Assembly: GCA_030704615.1 (NCBI GenBank)
Contig: CM060732.1
Location: forward strand, 9,486,001 to 9,550,000
Length of the DNA: 64,000 nucleotides
From: Takakia lepidozioides
Taxonomy: Eukaryota > Plantae > Bryophyta
Reading direction: 5' to 3'
Shown here: positions 46,971 to 60,194 of the stretch, piece by piece
Layout of the letters: every line of letters starts with the position of its first letter
How positions within the stretch are numbered: position 1 is the stretch's first letter
Position numbers and translations under genes: made by a program
The notes under the pieces: generated by a model
What the model saw: the letters and a program-made list of their open reading frames with translations, nothing else
Databases searched by the model: none
Told to the model about the DNA's origin: nothing

Positions 46971-49900
46971 ATGTTTTGTGCCCTGCAGGCGTTTCTTCAA
47001 TTGTTGCAACCAAAACCTGCATGTTTGTCCAGAATGAAGAGAGTGAGAGGAATGGAAGATATCAAGGTGAAAAGCACCACAATCTTATAGAAGCAAACGA
47101 TCGCTGCACCACAGGCGGTGCAGCTACTGAAGGAGCTGCGATTGGAGGGATTGCTACGCAAGGACTGGTCCTTGCATCATTGGCAGTTCATGATACAATT
47201 CCTTCAAAACTTTGAGCCTCGGACAGGAGTTACTCAGGTGAGGGGAGTAGATATAGAAATTACTCCCCAGTACCTGCAGCAACTGTTTGATTTGCCATCA
47301 GGACATGTGGAGGTGGATGAGCACAGGGCAAGATTGCAGATAGGGAATTTGTTCCAAGAAGGGAGTTTCTTTAAAACTCAAGGTTTTGCTTGTACCAAAG
47401 CCGAGTACCCAGGGCTTAGGGAGGTTGGCCAAATCTTGAACGTTCTGTTTGCCATGAAACAGAACCAACAGTATTTGAGCAGGTCCTTCACAGAGGAGAT
47501 CCTGAAAGCTTTGAGGGGAGAGGATGTCGCTTGGGCGGAGTTAATGTACAACGGATTGGTGGACGAGATGAAGAGGTTACAGGGCACTACTGCAAAGTCT
47601 CCGATCATTGTGTCTGGTCCAATCATTGCTCAAATAATTCTTGATTCTTGCATACTTGATACTCGGGAGAGAAAGGAGATGGGAGTGTTTGAAACAGAAA
47701 CCACTGCAATTGAAGAGCAAGGCTCTTCACACAGTGAGGGTGGACTGGCAGTGCAACCCCAGTCTAAGAGACAGAGGCGGGGAAAGATTGTAGTGGCGGA
47801 TCCACTGGCTTCACGGAAACCGCATGATAATGTTTCCCAAGCTCTTGTGCAGGAAGGGGCACAGCAGCACAGAGAGCTGCTATTATTGGAAGCAGGGCCT
47901 TCAGAGAGGGAAGAGGAAGTCACTTCGATGTCACAGCCACCACAGCCAATTGACTCTGTTGTTTTAGAGGTTCCACAATTAGTATATGCTGTGACATCAC
48001 CCCCAATTACTCAAGAAGGAGAAAGATTAGACATTCCCACTACAGAACAGGTCGTGGCCGAAATTGAGAAGGGTGACCTTCTCTATGAAAATTCAGGCTT
48101 GATAAGGGAAACAATGATTCCAGAGGTGCAGCGAGTGTCTAGGGGAAACCCTGCTGTGCATGTAATAACCACACCTGTGATGGAGGTACAAGGGGGAGAA
48201 TATCAAGACACTGCAGCACCTGTGGTGGATGAGGTGGTTCAGGAAGAAAATCTGGTAGGGCAATGGCCTGAATGGTTCGTGAGGCATCACACTGTTGAGG
48301 ATCAGGGAGAACAGCAGCAAACTCACCATGATGACCCTCAGCATGCCATGCTTATGAGTTCCATAAGCATGACACTTAATTTGTTGGGCACTTATGTGAA
48401 ATCCCATGTTCCATCTACCCAATTGACAGCTTTGAGGGAGGAACTCAGGAAGGAGTTTGAGGCTCGACTTGCCACTGAGTGTGCAAACAAGGTTGATGAG
48501 GAGGTCACTATCAAGTTACAGCAAGAGTTAGAGGATACAACAGCTGCTTTGCAGTTGGCCAAAGAACATTTGATTGAAGCAGGCCTCGCGCAGGACCAGT
48601 TGCACGAAGCACATAAGCAACAACTATACCAAATGCAGGTTAAACATGAGAGCAAGTTGCAAGAAGTAAATGCACTACATACGGAGTTGCAGACAGTGCA
48701 TGACAGGATGGCCATACAATGTGCTACACTCACAACTACGCTTGAGCAAACTACAAAAGAAGTTAACAACCAAGCGGAAAGATGTATAAAAGCACAGGCA
48801 GATAATGTCGAGCAGACAAAACTCATTATTGATATGAAGAATACAATCTGTCACAATGAGAATACTTTCAAGCAATACTGGCAGGTTGAAGCTACCCAAG
48901 AGAGGTACATCCTGGAATTGCAACAAACGCTCATGGCCAATAGAAATGAACTCTCTGTGGCTAACAAGGCTTGGAAGGGGCCAATAATCTGCTGCTGCCT
49001 ATGCGAGTTTGGTTGAACCTCATGCGAAGCGCATGGAGGCTTTACAGCAGCAGTTAGATATGTACAAACTCAAAGAGGAGCAGACTCTCAGAGGTACCAC
49101 AACCAACTTGGTGGATAACCACCTTCTGCAGGTCTGGTTAGCACAAGGACCAGTGGAAGGCAAAGCACCACGAAAGCTCACCCAAGCCGAGATGAATGAG
49201 CTCAGGCTGCAGGTGCAAAACATTGCCACAACTACTATAGACAATGTCTATAGTAGGATAGCAGAGCTACAAGAGGATGTAGACGGCCTGCAAACTCAGG
49301 TGGAGGACCTGACATCAAATATTGACAAGAGAGTCTTTGTACCTGAGGAGCAGCTGATGGCTTCTTATTTACAAGCCAGAACTTTAGCTTTTCAGTCTTC
49401 TTCGCAGGGGGTGCAGGAGATGCCAGTGGTACAAGAGCCAGTGCTACCAATACCACAACAAGTGACTGTGACAGTAGCTGACCCTGTTGTTACTACAACC
49501 ACACCACAACCGCCACAGCCTGAGGTATGGGGGGATGCTGCTTTTAACCCACCTAAAACTCCTGCTGCACGGGAGTACAGTCGGGCTATGATTATGCCCT
49601 TCAACCAGATTTCCATTGTGTTGGATTTGGCTTGGAAGGAATTTAGTCCTCCGCAATCGTTGGCACATTACTACCAAATCATGCGCATTTTGCTACCAGT
49701 GGCAACTAGGACTAAGGTTCTTCCGAACAATCGACCCATTGAGGATCATCACTTTGCGAGATACTGGCATGAGGCAAGTACCATGTTGAAGGAATTAATT
49801 GCCTTCCAAGTTGTACATGGATTCATTTATACCAAGACCAAGGAGGTAGCAAGTATTGTCATGGGCTGTGGGCTATACTACGCTGCTTGTTTTCTGGCAC

Positions 49901-50589
49901 GTTATCACATTGAATAGCAGAAGATGCAATCGCGCTTTCTGAGTTATTCCAGTGGGGATCATTGGATCTTACTTGCAGTGCCACCTCATATGTACCTATA
50001 TGAGGCAAAAGTTATGATGCAAAAGAATTCTCAAATTCGTTCATGGTTTCATGCGGCCTGGAACAATTTGTCAACACAGAAATTCGGGCCTGACGATATT
50101 TTCTTTAAGGGCCATGAGGCATGGAAAAACTTGCACAATTCACAAGTCATTGGTACACCACTTACCTGGACAGACAAGGAGTTCAGGGTCTTCACCAATT
50201 TTGCAATTCAGCGCTTACAACAAGTTTTACAGATTAAACTTCCAGACATGGTGGGACCACATTGTATGCCCCAGAGGATTCCAGTTAGAGTTCGACCGTT
50301 AAAACACCTCAGGGGGGAAGACGATTCTGATACTACTGGTTCTTCAGCGGACTCTTTTGACATGGCAGAGGACTATGCAATTCAGATGGCAGAGAAGAAG
50401 CGACGGGGATCTCCTATGCCTGAAAGATTACCTCGATATCAGCCAAATGAAGGACTGACATTTCCAGGTAGTGCTCAATCATCTCCCTCAACCAGTGACA
50501 GGACACGGGCTCGCACACGGAGTCCTTCACGAGACTCTCAACGTCACAAGGGTGCTCGCTCACAAAGGTTTGCTAATCCCAAACAGTAA
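46971..50589 (+). pseudogene. Extra sense ORF of element C (about 1200 aa; Athila-ORF/plant-transposon-like N-terminus plus coiled coil)
   Basis: ORFs 47118-49016, 49009-49917 and 49924-50589 are joined by single lesions; QVRGVDIEITPQYLQQLFDLP motif; Q/E/L-rich heptads; conserved in the second copy at 61315-64000. Confidence 0.8.
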
Positions 50590-50610
50590 ACCGTGAGGAC
50601 ACGGCTTTTT

Positions 50611-50624
50611 GAGAGGAGGAGGGG
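50611..50624 (+). promoter_or_regulatory. Polypurine tract of element C
   Basis: GAGAGGAGGAGGGG just upstream of the 3' LTR. Confidence 0.9.
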
Positions 50625-50628
50625 TAAA

Positions 50629-51514
50629 TGTTAGAGGGCTGCTTGGGACTTAGACGCTTTTACGGGATCTGTGGGGTACCCTTAATTTTTACACAGACTG
50701 AGACCAACAGGAGCCTTAGGGGTGACAGCAACAGGCTTTAGGAGGGAGATACACAGCCCGACACAGCCGTCACAGCCCGTCACAGTCCAACACAGCCAGT
50801 CACAGCCCGATACAGCCGCCACAGCTTCGCACAGCCCTACACAGCCCGACACAGCTAGTCACAGCTCGGCATAGCTGGGGGACAGTTATCATTGGCAGGG
50901 AACGACGGTGGGGGAACGACATCTGAAAAAGGAACGTGTAGTACAGGGATGACGGTTTGTTAGGAAAGCAGTTAGAACAGCTCGTAGGTAGAAAAAGCGA
51001 AGAGCGGGGACGTCTAAAAATCACTTCTGGGTGGGGGACTTCTGGCATCAGGGCTTGGAAATAGAGGGGAGAGCACATCTCTGAGTGGAAGATGAAGAGC
51101 ACGGAGTAGGAGTAGGAGAAGTGACGATCTGTTGTTACTTGATGAATGCAAGCTGTAGAATTGTAATGTAGAGTAGATTAGAGACACCATGGCTTCAGCC
51201 TGATACTTGATAGATATTAATTTGATACATACTTCATACTCACACTGTGTAGAGAGACCTGAGTGAAGCTGTGGAATGAATGGATGGAACTTGATAGATT
51301 TATGAAGCAAACTGATACTTAATTGCAGATAGTAAGGTAACTCGCTAACATGAATGCGGGAAGGAGTACAAATAGGAAACACCCCCATGATACACTAGCT
51401 GTAGGTCATGACTGATTGTTCTGAGCGGGCTGAGTGCTTAGAGATTTCCAACTCTTCTATCTTGGAGTTCCCACCCGGATAGTGAAGGGATGGGTGAGTA
51501 AAAGCCGCTCGACA
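50629..51514 (+). repeat. 3' LTR of element C (886 bp)
   Basis: Direct repeat of 38247-39177. Confidence 0.97.
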
Positions 51515-52310
51515 CCCCCCGACACGACTTCCTTTGGGGGGGCCCGGATGGAAATTCGGCGTCGAATCTCCATCCAGGGGATGCTCTCTGTCGGACACGT
51601 GCCGGCGTCTCCGCCCGAGGCGATTTCATCCGGGCGTCCCCTGTTGGATATTCGGTGCCGAATTCCCGTGGTTGAAATGTGACGGCCAGGTGCCGGCCTC
51701 TCCCCCCTCCCCGACTGCATCCGAATGGCCCCGGATGGAAATTCGGCGCCGTTTTTCCATCCGGGGAGGTTTTTATGTCGACCAGTTTTCGGCCTGACCC
51801 CCCGACACGACTTCCTTTGGGGGGGCCCGGATGGAAATTCGGCGCCGAATCTCCATCCAGGGGATGCTCTCTGTCGGACACATGCCGGCCTCTCCGCCCG
51901 AGGCGACTTCATCCGGGCGTCCCCTGTTGGATATTCGGTGCCGAATTTCTGTCCGGGGGTTGAAATGTGACGGCCAGGTGCCGGCCTCTCCCCCCTCCCC
52001 GACTGCATCCGAACGGCCCCGGATGGAAATTCGGCGCCGTTTTTCCATCCGGGGAGGTTTTTTATGTCGACCAGTTTTCGGCCTGACCCCCCGACACGAC
52101 TTCCTTTGGGGGGATCCGGATGGAAATTCGGCACTGAATTTCCATCCGGGGGATGTTCTCTATCGGACAGGTGCCGGCCTCTCTGCCCCAGGCGACTTCA
52201 TCCGTGCGGCCCCGGTTGGATATTCGGTGCCAAATTTCCATTCGGGGATAGTAATGGGACGGCACGGTGCCGGCTTCTCCCCTTCAGCCGACATCATCCG
52301 GACGGCCCCC
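51515..52310. repeat. Palindrome array, right part (about 285-bp higher-order unit, about 2.7 copies)
   Basis: GACACGACTTCCTTTGGGGGG at about 51521, 51804 and 52093; each unit has three GGA(TG)GAAATTCGGCGCCG-type palindromes. Confidence 0.93.
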
Positions 52311-52545
52311 CACTTTCTGACTGCATACCGTTGGCAATTATTACGCAAAGACCAGGGGCCGCATTCCGGAGACAAGGTTCATTAACACTCTGACTGTGGA
52401 TTTTTGAGATAGTTGGCTCCCTGGATTTGGATCAGGCTTCGTCGCTCGGACAATTCGGCACCGCATTCCTTTCCATCGCTGCATCCCCCTTCTACCAGGG
52501 AGCTTGCCCGCATGCCATCCTGGGAGTCTTGTGTGCACATCTCCC

Positions 52546-53875
52546 ATGGCGGAAAACCCAAGCGCTATAGTGTACTGCCCTCCTCACGAGCATAGAGCTT
52601 CATTTCCGTGCAGAGGGGACATCTGCCGGGTGATGGAGAAATATCTGTGCGTTCGATACCACCTGAAACCGGGGTCGGTTTTTTTGGAGGAGGAAAGGAA
52701 GGACTCAAACGGCGTTGTTGTCGAGAGTATTGTTGTGCTCCACGATGATTTCGGCGATGGCAGGGAATGGCGAGTTCCACCATCGGACAACGTCATATAC
52801 AGGGCTGTTGGGGACTTCATTTGCCCGCCAAATGCACCTTCTATCCTGGCGCCTTCATCGAAACAATCCGCAAATCAGAGAGTGGGTACCTCAAAGAGAG
52901 AAGTCCGCAACGAAGTAAATCCAGAGCCGAACCCATCAATGAAGACGAGCGAGAACCGGGTTGTTCACAACCTGTCCAACTCAGACGAGGTCATGGAAGT
53001 TCCGAGATCGTCCTGGAGATCAGGCAAGTCCTCAATGGACGTCAGTGGACGAGGGAGTCATATTCCCAGCACGAGCACCGCAGTTCGATCTATTCTTGAA
53101 ATTCTGCGAGGGCTTCACATGGAGGGACACCGCTCGGAGCTGGCTAGGCTGGACTACAGCAAGTTCGCAATTAAATCGGTTACATGCCTTCCCGCAGACG
53201 TCGACCGTAATATCTTCTTTGAGTTCCCTCCTCGGGCGGACTACTCGAGGGCGTCCGGAATGTTGACAGATATGGATAGAAAACATGACGTCATCCTTGG
53301 TGCGTTACCAAAACCACCAGCATGAAGATGCTCGATGGTGTGCGGGTGCGCTACGTTGTTTGTGCGGGCGCGTTGCGGTGTTTCTCCCCAACTTGCTTCC
53401 ACATTAAATCCAGAGGTCACAGGAACGAGACCGATTGGACAGGCACAACTCATCAACCATTTCGAGCTCAGGAGAAGGTTCCGAACTCCACATTTAAGTG
53501 TGCGCATTGCAAAGAACCACCACACTGCATGTCTGTTTGTAATGCCAAGCAGTTCTATGTGTTGCACCGTTTCCCTGACCTCACCCGAGCTTGCATACAC
53601 GTTGGTTCCCATTGTCACAAATTAGCGAGGGGGAACTCGCGGGAGGCTGCCCACGAGGCAGAGCAGCTCGTTTAGGAGGAGGTTAAGTTGAGACCGGGTG
53701 CCAAACCCAAACAGATACAGCTCCAAGCCGCCCAAGTGGACAGTCCCCCAAGGAGAGGACGGAATTTTTGAGAGGCATAGTGGAACTGATGCATCACAGA
53801 GCTCCGAGGATGGGGGGGATGAGGGGGATGAGGAGGAAGGCGGGGCAAGTTCCTCGGAGGGTGTAGGAGAGTAGT
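52546..53875 (+). pseudogene. Cys/His-rich (GCM-like) ORF paralogous to the N-terminus of the MULE transposase; no DDE domain
   Basis: HLKPGSVFLE, FFEFPP, MDRKHD, VCAGALRC..TC, CAHC..C..C, TRACIHVGSHCH align with 58862-57850; frameshift near 53290. Confidence 0.75.
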
Positions 53876-53999
53876 GCTCATTCCGGCTATGACAGTTACG
53901 ACACACTTGTATAGATGTGGCTTGCCACAAAATTTGCAATAAAATGTTGCATTTCATTGCTATGACGAGTCCACTGGTGCCAAATTCCAACTTCAAATG

Positions 54000-54109
54000 A
54001 CCCTATTTCCGTGCCTCCTAACCCTATTTCCGTGGACACACAATGGTCCGCTCATGCTTCTTTTTTTTTCCGCTCATGCTCATGCCCCTCATGAAATAGC
54101 AACCCCCCC
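54000..54109 (-). mobile_element. Putative DNA transposon terminus (GGGG followed by ATGAGC repeats)
   Basis: CCCTATTTCCGTGGACAC...CTCATG repeats...GAAATAGCAACCCCC resembles 60070-60194; the Gypsy fragment is cut exactly here. Confidence 0.6.
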
Positions 54110-54790
54110 TGTAAACTCACAGTGGCTGGTTCCTCTAGGATTTCCATTTCTCCCTCTCTTTCTTCATAGAAATGTGGTGGGTAACTGCTTGTTTCACCCT
54201 CAATTGGTGTTGCTGTCACTACACCACAACAGATACCTTTTAAACAACTTAGGCCTTCCAGTTGCATCTCTGCAACCTGCTCCCACTCTGGGTGTGCAGC
54301 GAACAGGGTAGCTTCCTGTTCCTCATCAAGTCCTCCCCTCCAGTCATACTCCCTGACCCCTCGAGGTCTTCTCATAGCAGGTAGTCTACTAGATTTCTTA
54401 GTGGTGATTTGTATCTTGTGCATTCCATCATGCACAGTTAGTAACTGGGAATTCCAGCCATGGAATACCCTGGCCTGTTTCAGCCACGGTCGACCCAGCA
54501 ATAAGGAGTAAGCTTCCATGACTTCATCCATTTTCAACACAGTTACTGTGATCTTAAAGATCATCTTTTGAATCTGTATCTTAACTCTTCTTATCAATCC
54601 CAATGGCTGAACACTTCTTTGATCTGCCATTGTTACTGTAAATGGGGCTGGTTTCATGTTACTTAGACCAAGCTTCTGCCTTAATTGGTCTGTCATGATA
54701 TTCACTCTAGAGCCTCCATCTATCATTACATCAGTTAGTTCTGTGCTTCCAATTCTCAATTGGATTACTGGCATAGAATCATCAAAGTCC
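54108..54790 (-). pseudogene. pol: Protease region of another family C copy
   Basis: Closely similar to 42276-42958 in reverse orientation. Confidence 0.95.
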
Positions 54791-57700
54791 AACGACGCAA
54801 TGGCGTGAGCGTTGTGCGTGAGCGCGCGAGCGTACGCTCATGCCAGCTGACGTGGCGTGAGCGTCATGTCAGCATGCTGATGTGGCGGCAAATGATGACG
54901 TGGCACTGTCCGTCATCTGCCACGTCAGCATCAACATGCACCGCCTATAACCGAGGATGGTCCTATGATCGTGGAATTAATGCAGGGAATCTTGCCTGAA
55001 TAGAATCAAGACTACCATGTGGCCTACAATTGTAGCATCCAACATTGTGCAATTACAAATGCTTGTTTCACTTTTGCAATTACGAGGATGAGAAAATATC
55101 CTCACAAAGTGTGCGCCATAAAGGCTGCCACGGGAAGACCTTCCTCCCTCCTCAAATAACAATGAGAGTTAGGATCATCTTCAAAAGATGATTGTAGTGC
55201 ATAGCGACAGCAAGACATGTAGACTTCGAACGGTGCAATGACAAATGTGCTTTTAAAAGTTGCCACTCAGAGCTCACTCCGTATAGTTGGAGGCCATATC
55301 ATTGCACCGCCGACGAATTGATGTGAATTACACATTTCAAATCATGGTCGTCCACATACCACATTGCATAGTTGATGCTACCTATGTGTTGTATCCCGCT
55401 GCAATAGAGTATCGACCTCATTGAAACTCATAGTGGCCTGGTGAATGAAGTTGTCACGTTTGGGATCGCAAACCATCCTCTTCAAAAATATGAAATACAA
55501 ATGTTTGCAAGGTATGAATTTACCTCTCTTGCCCAAACTGGTTGATAGCATATTCACAAAATCAGGACATGTGCAATTGGGGAAATTGGAAACCGTGATG
55601 TCGTAGGTCCTATCATGAACAGCAGATGTGGAAGTGATGATTGTGAATACCCGACCATATCCTGGATCGGGTACTTCCGTGGTGCTTCCAACACGAGCTT
55701 GGAGCATTCTTGCGGACTCCACTTTGCCAAAGTGTTCAGCGGTGGAGGGAAACGCCGAACGAGCTTTCCATCTCGTTTGGTTGGCCACAAGTCAGGATTT
55801 GCTGGGGGGACCCGGGAGGACGCAGAAGTAGTAGCACATGCATGGAGTTGGGGTTGTCTCGCAAGGGAAAAACCTGCCTCCTCCAACATTTCAATCTCAT
55901 GAAAGCTGAGATGTGTTCCCACCTTCACGGGCCAAACGGTTGGAGGAGATGGCTTCATCACTACGGAAGGACGCATAGTTCCATGCACACATCTGGCACA
56001 ATCATCTGCGCAGAACCAGAACTTGTGGTTCTTGGCTTCTGGTTGACCGTATGGACGCATCAAACCCGTGAAAGTCGGAGCAGGAGTACGGGCACCACCT
56101 CTGGATATAGATGAAGTGCACTTCTCGAAATTAGTTGCCCTGATCGCTGTACATTTCACACGAGACCCTACACTTGTGCGTTCTATGTGCCAAACGTGGT
56201 CAGGGCATGCGGACTCAAGCACATCAAGGGGGTTGTTTCTCTCCTGCACCATTTCAGTGGCACTGTTTGATGCTGGAGCTTGCCGTCGTGTTGGAGGTTC
56301 CTCCACAATGGAGGTTCCGGACATGGAGCTGTCATGCAGGGGAACACGAGGCTTTGAGAAGTTATCACGGTCTGCCCTGTGCAAATCGGAATCCGAACCA
56401 GGTGGAGGTTCAATTTCCTCTTACAGAAGCCGAATCTCTCCTCCCCTTCAAGATGTGGAACTCTAGAAACAAGTGGCGTTCCCTGGGCATACATGCTCAC
56501 CGCCCGTGCTATCTTGATTGGATCCCCAGATCTGTTTGCAGCACGCAACATCATTTCCCATTTGTCCGGACCCTTGCCACCAACCTCACCTCGTAAGAAA
56601 TCACGGTATCGGGTTTATTGTTGCAAGGCACGTATCAAATCATCTGTTGTTGCCACATACAAATCCCGACCTTGTTTCCCAGACTGCTGCAACCATGCGT
56701 TGTGCACATTTTCTGCCAAATTGCAAGATGGCATGTCCGCCATTTCCTCAATGGACATGTTCTGCAAAGTGCAGAACCACACTTCAAAACAGTGAACAGA
56801 AAACAACATAAAGAAAGCGAGGACACAATAAAATGGAAAGTAAATGTATGAATAAAGCAATAAATATAAGCCTCGTACCACTGGCATGGCTGCTCCCCAC
56901 TGTCTATACCGGAAGTGCCAAAACGCCAGCCAATCTTCTAATGTTCTCATACTCTCAAGTGATGCAGCTCCAGAAGAGAACCACCAGGCACGAATTGTCT
57001 GGAACAAAGTGTCCGCCTCCTTCATTGTTCTAGCATCTTTGTACTCTTTACACAATTTACGGTGCTGAGTCTGCATCTCTGGTTTGATGTCCAACTTTGT
57101 ATGTTTTTCCAGAGATTGTGTCCAATGGAATAGACATGTACGCTCTCTTCTTCGCATTGGCACTTTTGGGTCGCCCGATCCGAAGACAATACAAACAGCA
57201 TTGAAATTTGCTTGAGTACTATCCGCCATGAAACCTGCGAAATTTGGAGATGGCAGCCCATGACACGTATCAGGGAATTCCACATGAGCTTCTGGGATTC
57301 CGTATCCTCGGATTGCATGTCACAAACTGCAATTGTCATAACTCGTTGGTACACTGGATCGTAGACATGACAAGCCATTGTCGTCCAATCCTTCACTCGT
57401 TTCACATGATCAAACATAAGAAAACAGTTCTGCAAGTCCCCAGTCTTCTGCATCCGCTTCACGAGGCTAACCCCACTGCCCTTCCCGACAGTCGACATTT
57501 TGAAAAGAAAAACTTTGATGGCACCTTGACCTAGAAATACATTGTCCTAGATGTAATCGTACTTGCTCACTCGTTTCAACTCCAAAATGTTGTCTATGTA
57601 GTCTCTGATACCAGAGCCCATTCTTAATGCATTGATCTGATGCCGAATGTTAGGTGAACTCAAACTGGAGAAATGATCCATGACCAGGTCCAATGCTGCA

Positions 57701-60194
57701 CCGTCAAGTTTAGTCCCCACATAATCCCCTTCACTCAAAATATGGCTTTCCAAGAAGGACTTGCTTGCGCCAAGAGCAATTGCAGATGTTGTTGCGGATG
57801 GGTTTCTCCCGAACTCATGTTTAATCAACCTCGATACTGTCTCAACACTCTCCCTGTAATCCCCCTTCGAGACAGGATGGTTATGGAATCCGAAATGCAC
57901 ACAAGCTCTTGTCATTGTTTTCAAACGGTGGACAACATAGTGTACCAAGCAGGATGGCACAAGTTTGCAGAATTTCAGACGAAAGTGTTTGCCGGTGGTG
58001 GGGCAGTCCCAGGCTGAAATGGATTTTCCGCCAGACCCTCCCATTCGCTTTGATTATGAACCCCAGACTGAAGAAAATGTCTGCAATTCAAATTATCACA
58101 CCTAAGGTATCCATTGCAAACTGTTTTCCTGAAAACAAGCTTGTCATCATTCTCAATATTGGATGTTTTTGTTCTGCACCACGGGTGCCCGTCGTGTTTC
58201 TTGTCCATTCCATGCATCATGATTGTTACACCTCCAACTCGTGGAGGAGGAGGCAGCTCGAATAGGATATCGCCATCAAAAGTCTCTGGCAAGAACTTCA
58301 CAGGCACCTGCTTCAAAGATTCCCAATCAATTCCTTGCAACTCACTTTTGAATCCAGTCATTCCTCCCATCGCCCGTAGTTTTGGGATGACACTACAAAT
58401 CTCTTCTTCATCAGCTTCTCCAACCACAGTAGGAAGGACTGGATTTGGAATTTCACTTATGTCATCATTGGACGAATCCGAAAGCTCAACGATTGGAGTG
58501 GAGGACGTCTGTTCTTTTTTCACCACCACCTCCCTCTTGTCTTCAACGACCGAAGCAGCAGTCCCGGGCATCACATATGACCCAAGGGACTTTCGCCGAG
58601 GCTCTCCAAGTACTTTGTATCGACCAGGGCGCACTCTCCACTGGCTGACATGAGCCGTCTCATCACGGTTTTGGAAAGAGTATTTCAACCACTTCCCTTT
58701 CAAATCGTACACCTTTTTCTCCAAAAAGATGGAGCCATTCTGAAGCTGAAAATGGGTAGCCAAGACATGTTCCAGAACAATTGCAAATCCATTGTCAAGG
58801 ACTTCCTGGGAGAACGGCATTGGTTTGTCGTCAGAGAAGAACTCCGCTTCAGAGGAAGCCATCTTCCTTCCTCGTGTACGTTGATACCTTGCTATCGCAG
58901 ACCTTCAGTGTAAATCGGTTTACTGATCCAGAACACAGTTGAAGAATGAGCAGAGAATATGGCGGAGGAAGCTCAGACGACGACTGTGCATATTATGTTA
59001 TTCCTTCTAGATATGCAGCCGTCCATTTTAATTACTTTTCTTGTGGGCCCAGTGGTCAAAGTATCCCTAGGAGCAATGTCGGCAGCTGTTAAACCGTTAA
59101 TCAAAACCTCATCAATAAACACAATAACAAGCCGACTTCCTGGAAGCATGCCACAGGATCTGAGGGTGGGATTGCAGATTAAGTAAATGTATCTTTATAC
59201 TACTACCAATGATCATGCGCACCTGGAAAGTTCAAAATGTGAAATGAACGTGGGGTTGGCTAACAAGGATGAACGTGTATGATATCCCAAAATTTGTCAT
59301 CAAACTCTCGTTCATTTACATATATTTGTCTAAGACTGTGCGCCAAGATTTCTGGGATTCGCTGTTATTTTTAAATATTGAAACCGTTCTAATAAAGAAC
59401 ACGCCGTTTATTTTGGGCGACACACGTCAGACATCAATAACTGAATATGAACAGTTGTACACTAATTGCTGGCATGTGCACTATTAAGGGAACGACTATG
59501 TGTAACGGTCACGCGAGAGGGAATCCGATGCTTCTAGAGACAAGCATCAACGCACACAATCCCGCAAGAAATCGGGAGTCACTTCGTTTTTCTACTTTTC
59601 GCGCTTAGAGGGAGAGTGGTAGTCAAGCTAGAGAGGGTTCCTTCTACAATACGAAAGAGAAAGTCTCTTTATTTTACTTCCCTTAGAGAGAGACGCAGAG
59701 CAAGAGAGCAAATGACGAGGCGTCATTTGTTGGAGCTACCGACCATCACCACAAAACAACGGTGATTTGCTTTCTACTCCTCTGTCAAGGGTTTACCGCA
59801 CAATGAGTGGGTGACTGACGGTACCGTCAATCACCGTTGTTCAGATCATACAGTCTGTCTGATTGCCTTTCAAGCAGTCCTTCCTCTTCCCTTCTTTAGC
59901 AGGAACATGTAATTGAAGTCTACTGAATTGTGAGATGGGCCCCCATTGTACAGAGCAGTACCACCCTACCATTCGCGAAACATTGCCTTTCAATATGTAA
60001 TTCTAAAAAACATTGCCGAACCTCCTTCATCGGGAGGTCCTTCTCCCCCTAAGACAGTGACACCCTAAACCCTATTCCCGCGGACACTCATTTCCGGAAA
60101 ATAGTCTTGCTCATGTTTTTTCGACACTTACGACTCTGCTCCTGGCTCATGCCGCTCATGGCTCATGGCTCATGGCTCATGAAATACAGCCCCC
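54791..60194 (-). mobile_element. Mutator-like (MULE) DNA transposon; left end apparently deleted
   Basis: Transposase gene; GGGGG + ATGAGCC repeats at the 60194 end; GTGAGC repeats at 54806-54862; interrupts a Gypsy C copy. Confidence 0.7.
55378..58862 (-). pseudogene. MULE-like DDE transposase with GCM-like N-terminus and SWIM finger, frameshifted
   Basis: MFDHVKR (D1), GFMADS (D2), CLFHW (CxxH), SCNLAENVH (E), SWIM CTCPDF...PCKH; intron 56762-56878. Confidence 0.85.

Larger units (their letters stand above)
38247..51514 (+). mobile_element. Full-length Ty3/Gypsy non-chromovirus (Athila/Tat-like) retrotransposon C with extra 3' ORF
   Basis: TG...CA LTRs at 38247-39177 and 50629-51514; TSD CCCCC; PBS; PPT; empty site seen in neighbouring repeat units (GGCCTGACCCCCCGACACGAC). 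Confidence 0.97.
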
